Below are positions 1 through 8,625 of a stretch of 35,001 nucleotides of DNA, piece by piece. Origin of the DNA: a virus (taxonomy: Duplodnaviria > Caudoviricetes); IMG/VR virus record IMGVR_UViG_3300020045_004297, positions 1 to 35,001 of that record. The stretch is one strand, 5' to 3'. The notes under the pieces are model-generated. The model saw nothing but the letters and a program-made list of their open reading frames with translations. It was not told where the DNA came from and did not search any database. The number at the start of each line of letters is the position of its first letter. The stretch's first letter is position 1. A program made the translations under genes and the position numbers.

Positions 1-1188
1 GAAAGCGTCTTGCACACGCCCGGCCTCAGTTTCAACGGGATAACCGGCATTTCTCCCATATCGGCAGCGCGTGAGGCAATCGGCCTCGGTCGGTCCCTCG
101 AAGAATTTGGGGCGCTCTACTTTGGCAACGGTACGCATCCTGGCGTTGTGGTTTCGCATCCTGGCAAACTAAGCCCCCAGGCGCACGACAACCTGTCGAA
201 GTCTCTGGCTGAAGCGCACAGTGGCCTTGGAAAGTCGCACCGACTCCTGTTGCTCGAAGAGGCAATGAAGGTCGAGAAACTTGGTATCCCAAACGATGAA
301 GCACAATTTCTTGAGTCCCGGCGTTTCCAGAATATCGACATAGGCACAAGGATTTACCGCGTACCTCCTTACATGTACGGCGAGATGGACAAGACAGCCT
401 TTGCAAATGTGGAGCAACAGGCGATTGATTACGTCACAAAGACTCTTCGTCCGTGGCTTGTCCGGCTTGAGCAAGTTTATAAATCGTCGCTTTTAAGCCC
501 CAAGGAACGCGGAGAATACTTTTTCGAACATACGGTTGAAGGTCTGCTTCGTGGCGACATCAAGAGCCGGTATGAATCCTATGCGGTGGGCAGGAATAAC
601 GGCTGGCTGAACGCTGACGAGATCCGAGAACTGGAAAACATGAACCCGATGGAAGGCGGTCAGGGCAAGATTTACCTTATCCCGCTGAACATGATACCCG
701 CCGACCAAGCCGGGAAGGAATCAACACCTGATCCGCAAGGAAACCGCGCCATTTACCGTTCCAGGCTGGAATCAGCATACCTCCGCTTAATATCGGATGC
801 ACTCGGAAGAGTGACGCGCAAAGAGGCGCAGCGGGTCAATTGGGTAGCCAAAAACGCAGGAGATATTGAAGAATTTTACCGGGAATTGCCGGATTACATC
901 AGAAAGCAGGCATTACCAGCATTTTCCGGCCTCGCTGAAGCCGTTTTGAGTATGGAATCAGAGCTGAACGGTATCGACTTAAGCACTTTCGGAGCCGAAA
1001 CACAGCGTTTTGTGTCCGTTTTCTGCTCCAATCTGGCCGAAGATTATGTCGATTCGTCGCGAAACCTGGCACCCGAAGGTGGCGAATGGGCTGAACGAGA
1101 CGCGGACAAGATAGCAGAGGTGCAAGTAAGGCGCTTCACGGAAGCATATACGGGACATATCCGGGCGCTGGTAGGGCTGAAGCCATGA
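1..1188 (+). CDS. HK97-family portal protein (5'-truncated by the window) with a C-terminal extension
   Basis: Motifs GISPI..A...IGL, AQFLESR.F, IYRVPP, NVEQQ, P.L..LEQ, LLRGD, GWLNADEIRELENM.P. Frame is open from base 1. Confidence 0.95.
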   Translation, partial: ESVLHTPGLSFNGITGISPISAAREAIGLGRSLEEFGALYFGNGTHPGVVVSHPGKLSPQAHDNLSKSLAEAHSGLGKSHRLLLLEEAMKVEKLGIPNDEAQFLESRRFQNIDIGTRIYRVPPYMYGEMDKTAFANVEQQAIDYVTKTLRPWLVRLEQVYKSSLLSPKERGEYFFEHTVEGLLRGDIKSRYESYAVGRNNGWLNADEIRELENMNPMEGGQGKIYLIPLNMIPADQAGKESTPDPQGNRAIYRSRLESAYLRLISDALGRVTRKEAQRVNWVAKNAGDIEEFYRELPDYIRKQALPAFSGLAEAVLSMESELNGIDLSTFGAETQRFVSVFCSNLAEDYVDSSRNLAPEGGEWAERDADKIAEVQVRRFTEAYTGHIRALVGLKP

Positions 1189-1700
1189 AAAAAGACTATG
1201 AAAAGGCCGTCAAGCCGGAATATGAAAAGCGGCAACCGAAGCCAGTAGCAGAGGATGGAAAGCCAAAAGAGAAGACCTGTTGCAAGTGTGGCCTGGTTAA
1301 GCTCGTAGAGGATTTTCCATATCAAGTTAAAGCAAAAGGGTATCGGTCCAGCGTGTGCCGTGAGTGTAACAAGACAATTAGTAAGCAGTACGCCGCTGAT
1401 AACCGAGAACGATGCAATAAGGCAAAACTCGAATGGAAGAAGGCCAATCCGGAAAAATTAAAAGAAATGACTAAACGATATGCGGAAAATCACCCCGACG
1501 TATTGGCGCAAAAATCAAAAAGATACAGGGATCGCAATCCCGAAATTATTGCTCAATACAATAAGAAATACAGAGAAGAAAACGCTGACTTCGTTAGAGA
1601 ATTAAAGCGTAGGCACAGAAAAGATAACGGTGTGTCAATTAATGCTTACCGGAAAAAATACATACAAAACAAATTTGAGCAAAGGCGACCGTCTTTATAG
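1185..1700 (+). CDS. Zinc-finger plus basic helical-repeat protein resembling the N-terminal half of a homing endonuclease
   Basis: CCKC...CREC pair followed by about seven 15-aa repeats (K.Y...N.E). ATGA overlap with the portal stop. No HNH catalytic motif. Confidence 0.65.
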   Translation: MKKDYEKAVKPEYEKRQPKPVAEDGKPKEKTCCKCGLVKLVEDFPYQVKAKGYRSSVCRECNKTISKQYAADNRERCNKAKLEWKKANPEKLKEMTKRYAENHPDVLAQKSKRYRDRNPEIIAQYNKKYREENADFVRELKRRHRKDNGVSINAYRKKYIQNKFEQRRPSL

Positions 1701-1748
1701 CTCTTTCCAGCCATCACTCTCGATAACAAGTATACGCGGAGCACACCT

Positions 1749-2360
1749 ATGAAAGAACAGCGAAAGATTACAGAAATTAGGGGCATTTCGGAAGAAGACG
1801 GAACCTTGAGGAAGATTGTCGGATATGCCTCCGTTTTTGATAAGCCTTCAGAGGATATGGGATTTATTGAGTATGTGAGGAAGGGCGCGTTTACAAAGGC
1901 CCTTATGAGGTCAGACGCTAGAGCTCTATTTAATCATGATACGGATACTCTCCCCTTGGGGCGGCAGAGTGCTGGCACCCTCATATTGAAAGAAGACGAC
2001 AATGGGCTTCATTTCGAGATAACGCCCCCAGACACCCAGGCCGCCCGTGATTTGTTGGTAAGTATAGATCGCGGAGATATTAAAGAGGCGTCTTACGGTT
2101 TCACGGTCGCTGCCGACGAGTGGGACTATTCAAACAAAGATTTTATCAAGAGGACGATTGTGGAGATTGGAGAAGTTTACGACGTGTCTCCTGTAGTTTT
2201 CGCTGCATTTAACGACACGACAGTAGCCCTTCGATCCCTCGAAGAATACCGCAAAACATCCGGTCCCTCGACTGGTGACAAGGTGGCAGACGGTCCCTTG
2301 ACCGACCTGGCATCAATAGCAGAAGAAGATTTGATGTATCGAAAACTCAAAGGAATTTAA
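1749..2360 (+). CDS. HK97-type prohead protease
   Basis: GYASVF, ALFNHD, LGR..AGTL.L.EDD.GL, SYGF, DVSPV.F.A motifs. GGAG RBS. Confidence 0.95.
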   Translation: MKEQRKITEIRGISEEDGTLRKIVGYASVFDKPSEDMGFIEYVRKGAFTKALMRSDARALFNHDTDTLPLGRQSAGTLILKEDDNGLHFEITPPDTQAARDLLVSIDRGDIKEASYGFTVAADEWDYSNKDFIKRTIVEIGEVYDVSPVVFAAFNDTTVALRSLEEYRKTSGPSTGDKVADGPLTDLASIAEEDLMYRKLKGI

Positions 2361-2370
2361 GGAGACTGAT

Positions 2371-3759
2371 ATGAACGTGTACCAGCTTAGAATGAAAGCA
2401 GCCTTCGACAAAATGGAAGGCATTCGGAAAGCGGCAGAAGCCGAGAAGCGGGCAATGACCGCTGAAGAGGTAGAACAAAGAGCATCCCTCAAGGTTGAAA
2501 TCGAAGCGGCAGAAGCGGAAATGCGCTCGGTTGAGGCAGAAGACGAACTTCGCGGAAGGCTGTTCGGTAGCGGTTCGGCGTTGACCCTCACCGACGATTC
2601 AAAAATCACCATCGAAGACCAGCCTATCTATCGCGGCTCTCCCGCTTCGGCCCTCGGACAGCAACTCATGGACGTAAGCATCATGTCCCGCCCTGAAGTC
2701 CACGGCCAACAGTCTATTTCCGGCGCTCGGTCCCGCCTTGAGCAGACCGAGAAGCGCAACCAGGCAAAACTGGAAGATCAGGCCAAAAAGGAAAACCGCG
2801 CTGCCGGTACTGGCGGCTTCACAACTGGCATTCCTTCTGATGGTGGTTTCTTCCTCCAGGGCGAGACTTCCGTTGACCTCATGACAACCGGATTTAATAA
2901 CAGCGAAGTGCTTTCCCGTTGCGACTCCCGCACCATGAACCCCGGTACTCAGTTCCTTGAAATCGTCGGCATTGACGAAACCAGCCGGGTGAACGGTTCC
3001 AGGGGTGGTGGCGTTACGGTCTACACTGCGGCTGAACTTGACGCCTTCACACAGAGCAAAACCAAGTTCAAGAAAATCCGCATCGAACCCAAGAAGTTGA
3101 CCGGGCTCTACTACGCATCCAGCGAAGTCATGAACAACGTGACTTTCTTGGGTCAGGAAATGCGCGGTCTGTTCGGTGAAGAGTTCGCGTTTAAATGTCA
3201 GGACTTGGTTATTCGCGGAACCGGCGCAGGCGAACCCCTGGGTATCCTCAATGCTGGTTGCCTCATTACTCAGGCCAAAGAGTCTGGTCAGTCGGCTGAC
3301 ACTATCATGACCGAGAACATTCTCGGCATGGAAGCTAAAATGTGGCGCGAAGATCCCCGGCTTGTGTACTTGGTCAATCGGGAAACGAAACCGCAACTCT
3401 CGACCCTCAGTCTCGCAGTCGGCACTGGCGGGATTCCTGTACCTCTCTACAAGAACGATTTCTACCAGGGCAACCGGATCAGCACTTTGAACGGACTTCC
3501 TTGCGTGACCATCGAGCAATGTTCTGCACTTGGTGACGCTGGCGACATCGTGCTTGCCGACCTCTCACAGTACATCACGGCCAACAAGGGCGATATCAAC
3601 GAGGCAATGAGTATTCACGTTAATTTCCTCTACGATCAGCAGACCTTCCGGTTCACCTACTACTTTGAAGGCCAGCCAAGATGGGCAACTTCCGTTACCC
3701 CGTACAAAGGGGCTTCCGGTGCAAAGGTTGGTCCGTTCGTAACCTTGGCCGCTCGATAA
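2371..3759 (+). CDS. Major capsid protein, HK97 fold with N-terminal coiled-coil delta domain
   Basis: Coiled-coil N-terminus, DGGF motif, G.G.GEPLGILN, L.G.P, GDI.L.DLS.Y. AAGGAG RBS; follows the protease. Confidence 0.95.
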   Translation: MNVYQLRMKAAFDKMEGIRKAAEAEKRAMTAEEVEQRASLKVEIEAAEAEMRSVEAEDELRGRLFGSGSALTLTDDSKITIEDQPIYRGSPASALGQQLMDVSIMSRPEVHGQQSISGARSRLEQTEKRNQAKLEDQAKKENRAAGTGGFTTGIPSDGGFFLQGETSVDLMTTGFNNSEVLSRCDSRTMNPGTQFLEIVGIDETSRVNGSRGGGVTVYTAAELDAFTQSKTKFKKIRIEPKKLTGLYYASSEVMNNVTFLGQEMRGLFGEEFAFKCQDLVIRGTGAGEPLGILNAGCLITQAKESGQSADTIMTENILGMEAKMWREDPRLVYLVNRETKPQLSTLSLAVGTGGIPVPLYKNDFYQGNRISTLNGLPCVTIEQCSALGDAGDIVLADLSQYITANKGDINEAMSIHVNFLYDQQTFRFTYYFEGQPRWATSVTPYKGASGAKVGPFVTLAAR

Positions 3760-3770
3760 TAACCAATAAG

Positions 3771-3790
3771 GCCGGGGAGAAATCCCCGGC
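3771..3790 (+). other. Intergenic GNRA stem-loop after the capsid gene
   Basis: GCCGGGGA-GAAA-TCCCCGGC, no U-tract. Confidence 0.7.
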
Positions 3791-3805
3791 GTAAGGAGAA
3801 TAGCA

Positions 3806-4282
3806 ATGAGACTTCCTGAAGAGAAAAAGATTGTACCGATCATGACCTATGCTGATATCTCCAGCACAGTGACCGGCGATTCGATCAACATGAAAAACTA
3901 CCACCGGGCTACTTTTGTTTTTATTCTGCATGCGCTCGGGGGTGCAAGTGCGGCACTCACAATCAACAGCGGAGCTTCTAACGCTGCGGCTACTTCGGCC
4001 CTGACTTTCCATTACGCCTTCGGCGGCGCGGCAGTAGCCTCTGCCGATTGCGACGTGATGGCGGCTGATACTACTTCGGCTGGGCTGACTCTCACCTACG
4101 GCACATACAGCGGCTTCATGCTCGTTGCGGAAGTTGATGCGGCAAATATGGATGTTGCGAACAGTGAGAACTGGCTAACACCCGTAATCACGACCGCCAG
4201 TTCAGTTACTGGCCGGGTAAGTTGTATTGCGATTCTCGAACCGCGCTACACCGGCAACTGTTCCCTGACCGCACTGACTTAA
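3806..4282 (+). CDS. Putative capsid decoration/cement protein
   Basis: AAGGAG RBS, directly after the capsid gene, A/T/S/G-rich beta-type sequence. Function inferred from position. Confidence 0.6.
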   Translation: MRLPEEKKIVPIMTYADISSTVTGDSINMKNYHRATFVFILHALGGASAALTINSGASNAAATSALTFHYAFGGAAVASADCDVMAADTTSAGLTLTYGTYSGFMLVAEVDAANMDVANSENWLTPVITTASSVTGRVSCIAILEPRYTGNCSLTALT

Positions 4283-4289
4283 TTCACAA

Positions 4290-4315
4290 CAGTGAGGGGC
4301 TTCGGCCCCTCACTG
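4290..4315 (+). other. Intergenic cUUCGg stem-loop
   Basis: CAGTGAGGGGC-TTCG-GCCCCTCACTG, no U-tract. Confidence 0.7.
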
Positions 4316-4329
4316 GATAGGAGACAAGC

Positions 4330-4824
4330 ATGAATTACAACAAATCAACACGTGAGCGGGTCGCCGACCTCAACTATGGAATGAGAGTTGACAAGGGTCC
4401 GGTTCTGGCTACCGCATGGGGAGCGCAAGCCGTATACCCCTTGTTCAATGTTGTCGGTGGGCGCGTCATGGTCACTCAAATAATCGGAGAAGTGACAACC
4501 GTCCTTTCCAACAACGCAACCCTCGTCAAATACTATTTCACCCCGACAGGTGGGGCGCAGATTGATCTTTCCGCAATCTCCCTGACCATTGCACAGTTGG
4601 CAGTCGGCAAGCGAATCCTGGCAGCAGGGACAATCGGCGGAGCAACTACTTTCAGTGGTATCGGCGCTTCTATGGCTCAGCCTACCCCGTACATTCTCGG
4701 AGAGGTTGGAGTCGGTGGAGCAATCGGAATTGAGTCAACAACCGCGTCCCTTACTTCGGGCGCGATGAAATTCACCGTCCTGTATATCCCTCTTGACGAT
4801 GGCGCGTACATCGAAGCCGTATAA
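4330..4824 (+). CDS. Putative head accessory structural protein
   Basis: AGGAG RBS, G/T/A-rich beta-type sequence, head module position. Confidence 0.6.
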   Translation: MNYNKSTRERVADLNYGMRVDKGPVLATAWGAQAVYPLFNVVGGRVMVTQIIGEVTTVLSNNATLVKYYFTPTGGAQIDLSAISLTIAQLAVGKRILAAGTIGGATTFSGIGASMAQPTPYILGEVGVGGAIGIESTTASLTSGAMKFTVLYIPLDDGAYIEAV

Positions 4825-4831
4825 AAACCAA

Positions 4832-4849
4832 GGGAGGGGCAACCCTCCC
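4832..4849 (+). other. Intergenic GNRA stem-loop
   Basis: GGGAGGG-GCAA-CCCTCCC, no U-tract. Confidence 0.65.
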
Positions 4850-4860
4850 AAGAGGTTCCC

Positions 4861-5217
4861 ATGAAAATAGTAACCCTTCTGATAATGTGCATGATCCTCT
4901 GCCTTGCTGTAATGGCGTGGGCTGGTAGAGCGGAACTTGCAAAAGATGGTAAGTCGACAAAACTCGAAGGCCATGCTCCAACAGCCGGGAAGGGACAGAT
5001 ACTTACTATCGCATCAACCACCATCGATATGTCGGATGACATTTCCTGGGGTCTATATACCCCCACTGATTGCAGTTACCGAACAATGTCCACATCAACA
5101 AGGTCCGGCATTCAGAAAACTATCCCTGCTGGCGCGTGGCATGTCCGTGTGGTTTCGGCGGGATCAGCATTTACCAATTTTTCCGGTTGCACTGCTGCTC
5201 AACTTGAGAGGCAATAA
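4861..5217 (+). CDS. Signal-peptide-bearing small beta protein in the head module (possible spike-base-like)
   Basis: MK + hydrophobic core + AWA cleavage motif. GAGG RBS; stop abuts the next ATG. Confidence 0.65.
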   Translation: MKIVTLLIMCMILCLAVMAWAGRAELAKDGKSTKLEGHAPTAGKGQILTIASTTIDMSDDISWGLYTPTDCSYRTMSTSTRSGIQKTIPAGAWHVRVVSAGSAFTNFSGCTAAQLERQ

Positions 5218-6168
5218 ATGCGGGTAGTCCGATACGTTGCACCGACAACTGAACCTGTTTCACTGAGCGAACTGAAAGCGCACTTGCGTCTTGACGCAGG
5301 AACCTTTGCGGCCAACGTGGATAGCACTCAGTCAATCGCACCGGGAAGTAAAGCCATTGCCGACAACTACACAACGCATGTGGGGACCGCTGTTGACGTG
5401 CTCGGCTATTCTGCCCTGGTTCTTCTTGAGTCAGGTGCGAACGGTAGTACGGGAACGGTTGACGTTAAGGTGCAAGAATCGGACGACAATATCACTTTCA
5501 CGGATTGGACAACCGGAGCATTTACCCAAGTCACCACGACCAACGATAACGCTACCTTTGAGAAAGCCTATACCGGAGTGAAGCGGTATATCCGAGTTGT
5601 GGCGAAAGTTCTTCTGGCGGCTTGCGAGTTTGGCGTGTCGATCATCCGGAATGTCGCGGCCACGTATGAGGATACCCTGCTAACTTCCATCATTACGGCA
5701 GCTAGGGAACAGGTAGAAGACATTACCGGCAGAAGTCTCATCACTCAGACCTGGGATTATTACCTGAACAGTTTCCCGCGAGACAACCATATCACCCTGC
5801 CCTTCGGCAATCTGCAAACCGTAACCTCTGTTGCCTTCACAGATAGCGATGGAACTGTGACCACGCTGACCGCAGGGACTGATTACCTTGTCGAAGCAAA
5901 CGGTGAAACCTTCGGGCGCTTGGTTCTTCCTTATGGGATGACATGGCCGTCAGACACATTGTATCCATCGAATCCTATTGCTATCCGCTTCGTGTGCGGG
6001 TGGACCTCGGCGGCACTGGTCCCGTTCAAGATCAAAGCGGCCATGTTACTTGTCGCCAGTGACTTGTATGAAAATCGCGAGGGACAGAACTTGAGTAACC
6101 AATCATACCAGCAGAACCGGACGGTTGACGCTCTCCTTGCCAGCGCTCGGCTGTGGGGCAAGTTTTGA
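5218..6168 (+). CDS. Head-tail adaptor (gp6/gp15-like) with an inserted beta domain
   Basis: EPVSL.ELKAHLRLD at the N-terminus; ED.LL..II.AARE.VE..TGRSLITQTW and VP..IK.AMLL....LYENRE further downstream. Confidence 0.85.
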   Translation: MRVVRYVAPTTEPVSLSELKAHLRLDAGTFAANVDSTQSIAPGSKAIADNYTTHVGTAVDVLGYSALVLLESGANGSTGTVDVKVQESDDNITFTDWTTGAFTQVTTTNDNATFEKAYTGVKRYIRVVAKVLLAACEFGVSIIRNVAATYEDTLLTSIITAAREQVEDITGRSLITQTWDYYLNSFPRDNHITLPFGNLQTVTSVAFTDSDGTVTTLTAGTDYLVEANGETFGRLVLPYGMTWPSDTLYPSNPIAIRFVCGWTSAALVPFKIKAAMLLVASDLYENREGQNLSNQSYQQNRTVDALLASARLWGKF

Positions 6169-6491
6169 ACGCCGGGAACCTGAGACATAGGGTCGCCCTT
6201 GAGCAAAGAAACGTCACCACGGACACATACGGAGGCGAGGTTGTGACCTGGGTGGCATTCTCAACGGTCTACGCTGACATTCAACCTCTTTCGGGCCGCG
6301 AGTTGATAGCGGCGCAAGCGGTTCAATCAGAGATTACCGGCAAAATAACCATGCGCTATCTGCTAGGGGTAACGGCAGGCATGAGGGCGCGGTACGAGGG
6401 CAAGGTTTACGACATTCAATCCGTGATCGATTGGGGTTTGCGGCATAGGGAATTGAATTTGATGGTTTCGGAAGGGTTGAGCAATGGCTGA
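6165..6491 (+). CDS. Head closure / head-tail joining protein (SPP1 gp16-like)
   Basis: NAGNLRHR, W......A.I.PLSGRE, MRY..GVTAGMR, YDI.SVID. TTG start overlapping the upstream stop. Confidence 0.9.
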   Translation: MNAGNLRHRVALEQRNVTTDTYGGEVVTWVAFSTVYADIQPLSGRELIAAQAVQSEITGKITMRYLLGVTAGMRARYEGKVYDIQSVIDWGLRHRELNLMVSEGLSNG

Positions 6492-6951
6492 CCTTAAATC
6501 GGGAACCATCCACATTACCGGACTTGCCGACCTTGAGCGAAGATTGAAAGAACTCCCCGACAAACTGGCAAAGAACGTGTTACGCGGGGCGGTTCGGGCA
6601 GGTGCAGCGGTCATTCAGAAGGAAGCGAAAAGCCTATGTCCGGCCAGCGCGGAAGCCCACTATCTCGGCAAGGGTAGCAAGCGGGTACTGATCCAGCCGG
6701 GAGAACTGAAAAAAAAGGGTATCAAGGTACGTTCGGCCCCGCGGAAAGAATCACAGTACGCAATCACCTACTGGGTTTACTGGTCAAAGAAACATTGGTA
6801 TGGCAAGTTTCTCGAATTTGGCACCAGCAAAATGAGCAGGAAATCGTTTCTCCGGCCAGCATTCGACAGCAAAAAGGAAGCCGCAACCGCCGCAATCCGC
6901 GATTACATGGCAACCAGAATAGACAAGGAGCTTGGGAAAATTGGCCGTTGA
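6484..6951 (+). CDS. HK97 gp10-family tail component
   Basis: I.GL.DL...LK.L, LRGAVRAGA.VI, YGKFLEFGTSKM...FLRPAF. Confidence 0.9.
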   Translation: MADLKSGTIHITGLADLERRLKELPDKLAKNVLRGAVRAGAAVIQKEAKSLCPASAEAHYLGKGSKRVLIQPGELKKKGIKVRSAPRKESQYAITYWVYWSKKHWYGKFLEFGTSKMSRKSFLRPAFDSKKEAATAAIRDYMATRIDKELGKIGR

Positions 6952-7282
6952 GGGGGATCTGAAAACTGCACTCGGAACGCTGGTATCAAGCCGATGCTTC
7001 GCCCTAGTAGCGCCTGACCTGACCCCTACTCCGTATATTATATATTCGGTGGTATCAAACATCCCACAGGTGTCGCTTGACGGCCCGACAGGGACAGAGA
7101 ACCGGCGTGTGCAGGTCGATGTATGGGGCGGCTCTTATGGCGAAGTGAAAGCCCTCGAAGTGACAGTCAAGTCAACAATGGCGGCGTCATCAATAAGGAA
7201 CGTGCCGCTTTCCACGATGGATATGTACGAATCAGAAACGAAACTTTACCGGGTAACGATGGATTACTCAATCTGGACATAA
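6941..7282 (+). CDS. Tail terminator/completion protein (DUF3168-like)
   Basis: PYIIY..VS, RVQVDVW, YE.ETKLYR...DY. TTG start at 6941 fits the AAGGAG spacing. Confidence 0.85.
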   Translation: MAVEGDLKTALGTLVSSRCFALVAPDLTPTPYIIYSVVSNIPQVSLDGPTGTENRRVQVDVWGGSYGEVKALEVTVKSTMAASSIRNVPLSTMDMYESETKLYRVTMDYSIWT

Positions 7283-7294
7283 GGAGACGCAATC

Positions 7295-7963
7295 ATGTCA
7301 GTCAACGCAGTACCAGCGCAAGGAACGACCTTGCATATTGCAGGCAGTGCAGCATCAGCAGAGGCTTGCACCGCTATCACCGTGGGCTTACCTACCATCA
7401 TTGCAATCACCGGCCACGCAGGGGTGGCAAATGGTGACGTTGTAACGCTTGCCGCATTTGAAGGGGCAGACGCAGCGCTGGTGAATGGTCTAGCTTTCAC
7501 TGTCCAGAACTACGCAACCGGAGCCACAAACGACACGTTCACGATCAACTTGAACACCGTCGGCAAGACTATCACCATCGGCGCAGGCACCGCAACCCCA
7601 ACCGCATGGATCAAGGTCGGCGAGTTGACCGACATCAAAGGAACCAGCGACACTTCACCTGACATCGAAGTCACCGACCTGGATTCCACTACGAAAGAAT
7701 ATCGCCAGGGGCTTCCCGATACAGGCAACATCACCATGAATATGTTCTGTACCGACGCCGACACCGGACTTGCTGCGATAGAGGCACAGTTCGACGCCAG
7801 GTCAATCAAGAACTACAAGATCACCTACCCCGAAGGCGCTACACCTATTCGCACATTCGCCGCCAACGTCAAATCTTTTCCGAAAGTGGGTGATGCTTCG
7901 AAGGATGGCGTAGTAACTGGAACGGTCGAATTGAAACGGTCCGGTTCAGTCACAAAATCGTAA
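7295..7963 (+). CDS. Major tail tube protein
   Basis: AQGT.L.I, W.KVGE, IEVTDLDST.KEY..GL.D.G. AAGGAG RBS. Confidence 0.9.
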   Translation: MSVNAVPAQGTTLHIAGSAASAEACTAITVGLPTIIAITGHAGVANGDVVTLAAFEGADAALVNGLAFTVQNYATGATNDTFTINLNTVGKTITIGAGTATPTAWIKVGELTDIKGTSDTSPDIEVTDLDSTTKEYRQGLPDTGNITMNMFCTDADTGLAAIEAQFDARSIKNYKITYPEGATPIRTFAANVKSFPKVGDASKDGVVTGTVELKRSGSVTKS

Positions 7964-7975
7964 GAAAGGGAACAC

Positions 7976-8308
7976 ATGATACTCGATAAAGCCGGATTGC
8001 TGGCAGAAGTAAAACTAAGAACAGAAACCGTAAAACTAAACGGCGGCGAGGTGATCGTATCGGAGGTCAACGCCTTCGATTGGTCCGAGCTGGTCACGTC
8101 CGACGAGTGTAAGACCGACGGCAAGATTGACGAGCGGAAACTTCAGCCGAAGTTGGTAGCAATGGCAGTCCTTACCGAAGCCGGGGAGCGGATGTTCACC
8201 GACGAGGAAGCGGTACTTTTCGCCAGTTGCTCCAAGAAGCCGTTTAAAAAGATCGTCAACGCCATCATGAAATTGAACGGCCTATCAGGGCAAGAGGTAA
8301 AAAACTAA
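7976..8308 (+). CDS. Tail assembly chaperone (lambda gpG-like)
   Basis: Between tube and tape measure genes; ends in GTA AAA AAC TAA slippery site. Confidence 0.85.
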   Translation: MILDKAGLLAEVKLRTETVKLNGGEVIVSEVNAFDWSELVTSDECKTDGKIDERKLQPKLVAMAVLTEAGERMFTDEEAVLFASCSKKPFKKIVNAIMKLNGLSGQEVKN

Positions 8309-8346
8309 GAGGCCAGCCGGTTAAGTTATTTCTGCACCGGCTGGCC
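8299..8346 (+). promoter_or_regulatory. Programmed -1 frameshift signal (A AAA AAC plus 11-bp stem-loop)
   Basis: Heptamer at 8299-8305. GGCCAGCCGGT (8311-8321) pairs with ACCGGCTGGCC (8336-8346). The -1 frame is open to 8625. Confidence 0.85.
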
Positions 8347-8625
8347 ACGCAATGTGGTTACCCTCACCCTGACTTTATGTTGAAAGGTATGACCGCCCGG
8401 CAGTTAAACGAAACGCTTGCATATGCCACCATTGAGCCATTCGGGGAGCAACGGGCAGAACTCAGACACGGCCAACTGATGCACCTCCTTGACCGATCAA
8501 ATTTCAAGCGTGACGAACCCCTTTCCCCGGTTGACTTCATGAACTACATCGACCGACCAGAGGAAGCCGAATTGACACCACAAGAGATGGCACAACGGAT
8601 AGATAGCGAGGTCTTCGGAATATGA
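8302..8625 (+). CDS. Frameshift extension of the tail chaperone (gpGT-like C-terminal part)
   Basis: The -1 frame reads KLRGQPVKLFLHRLATQCG... into the 8377 ORF (IEPFGE.RAELR). Confidence 0.8.
   Translation, partial: KLRGQPVKLFLHRLATQCGYPHPDFMLKGMTARQLNETLAYATIEPFGEQRAELRHGQLMHLLDRSNFKRDEPLSPVDFMNYIDRPEEAELTPQEMAQRIDSEVFGI

Noticed and set aside
1185-1750. Group I intron splitting the protease gene
   Set aside because: No room or motifs for an intron core; the protease has its own RBS and a complete domain.
2599-3519. 306-aa minus-strand ORF and other long antisense ORFs (8537-9169, 12774-13298, 17062-17517, 23331-23777)
   Set aside because: Antisense shadows of well-supported genes; no RBS or motifs.
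3771-4849. Head-module hairpins as intrinsic terminators
   Set aside because: No U-tracts, and they lie inside a continuous late operon.
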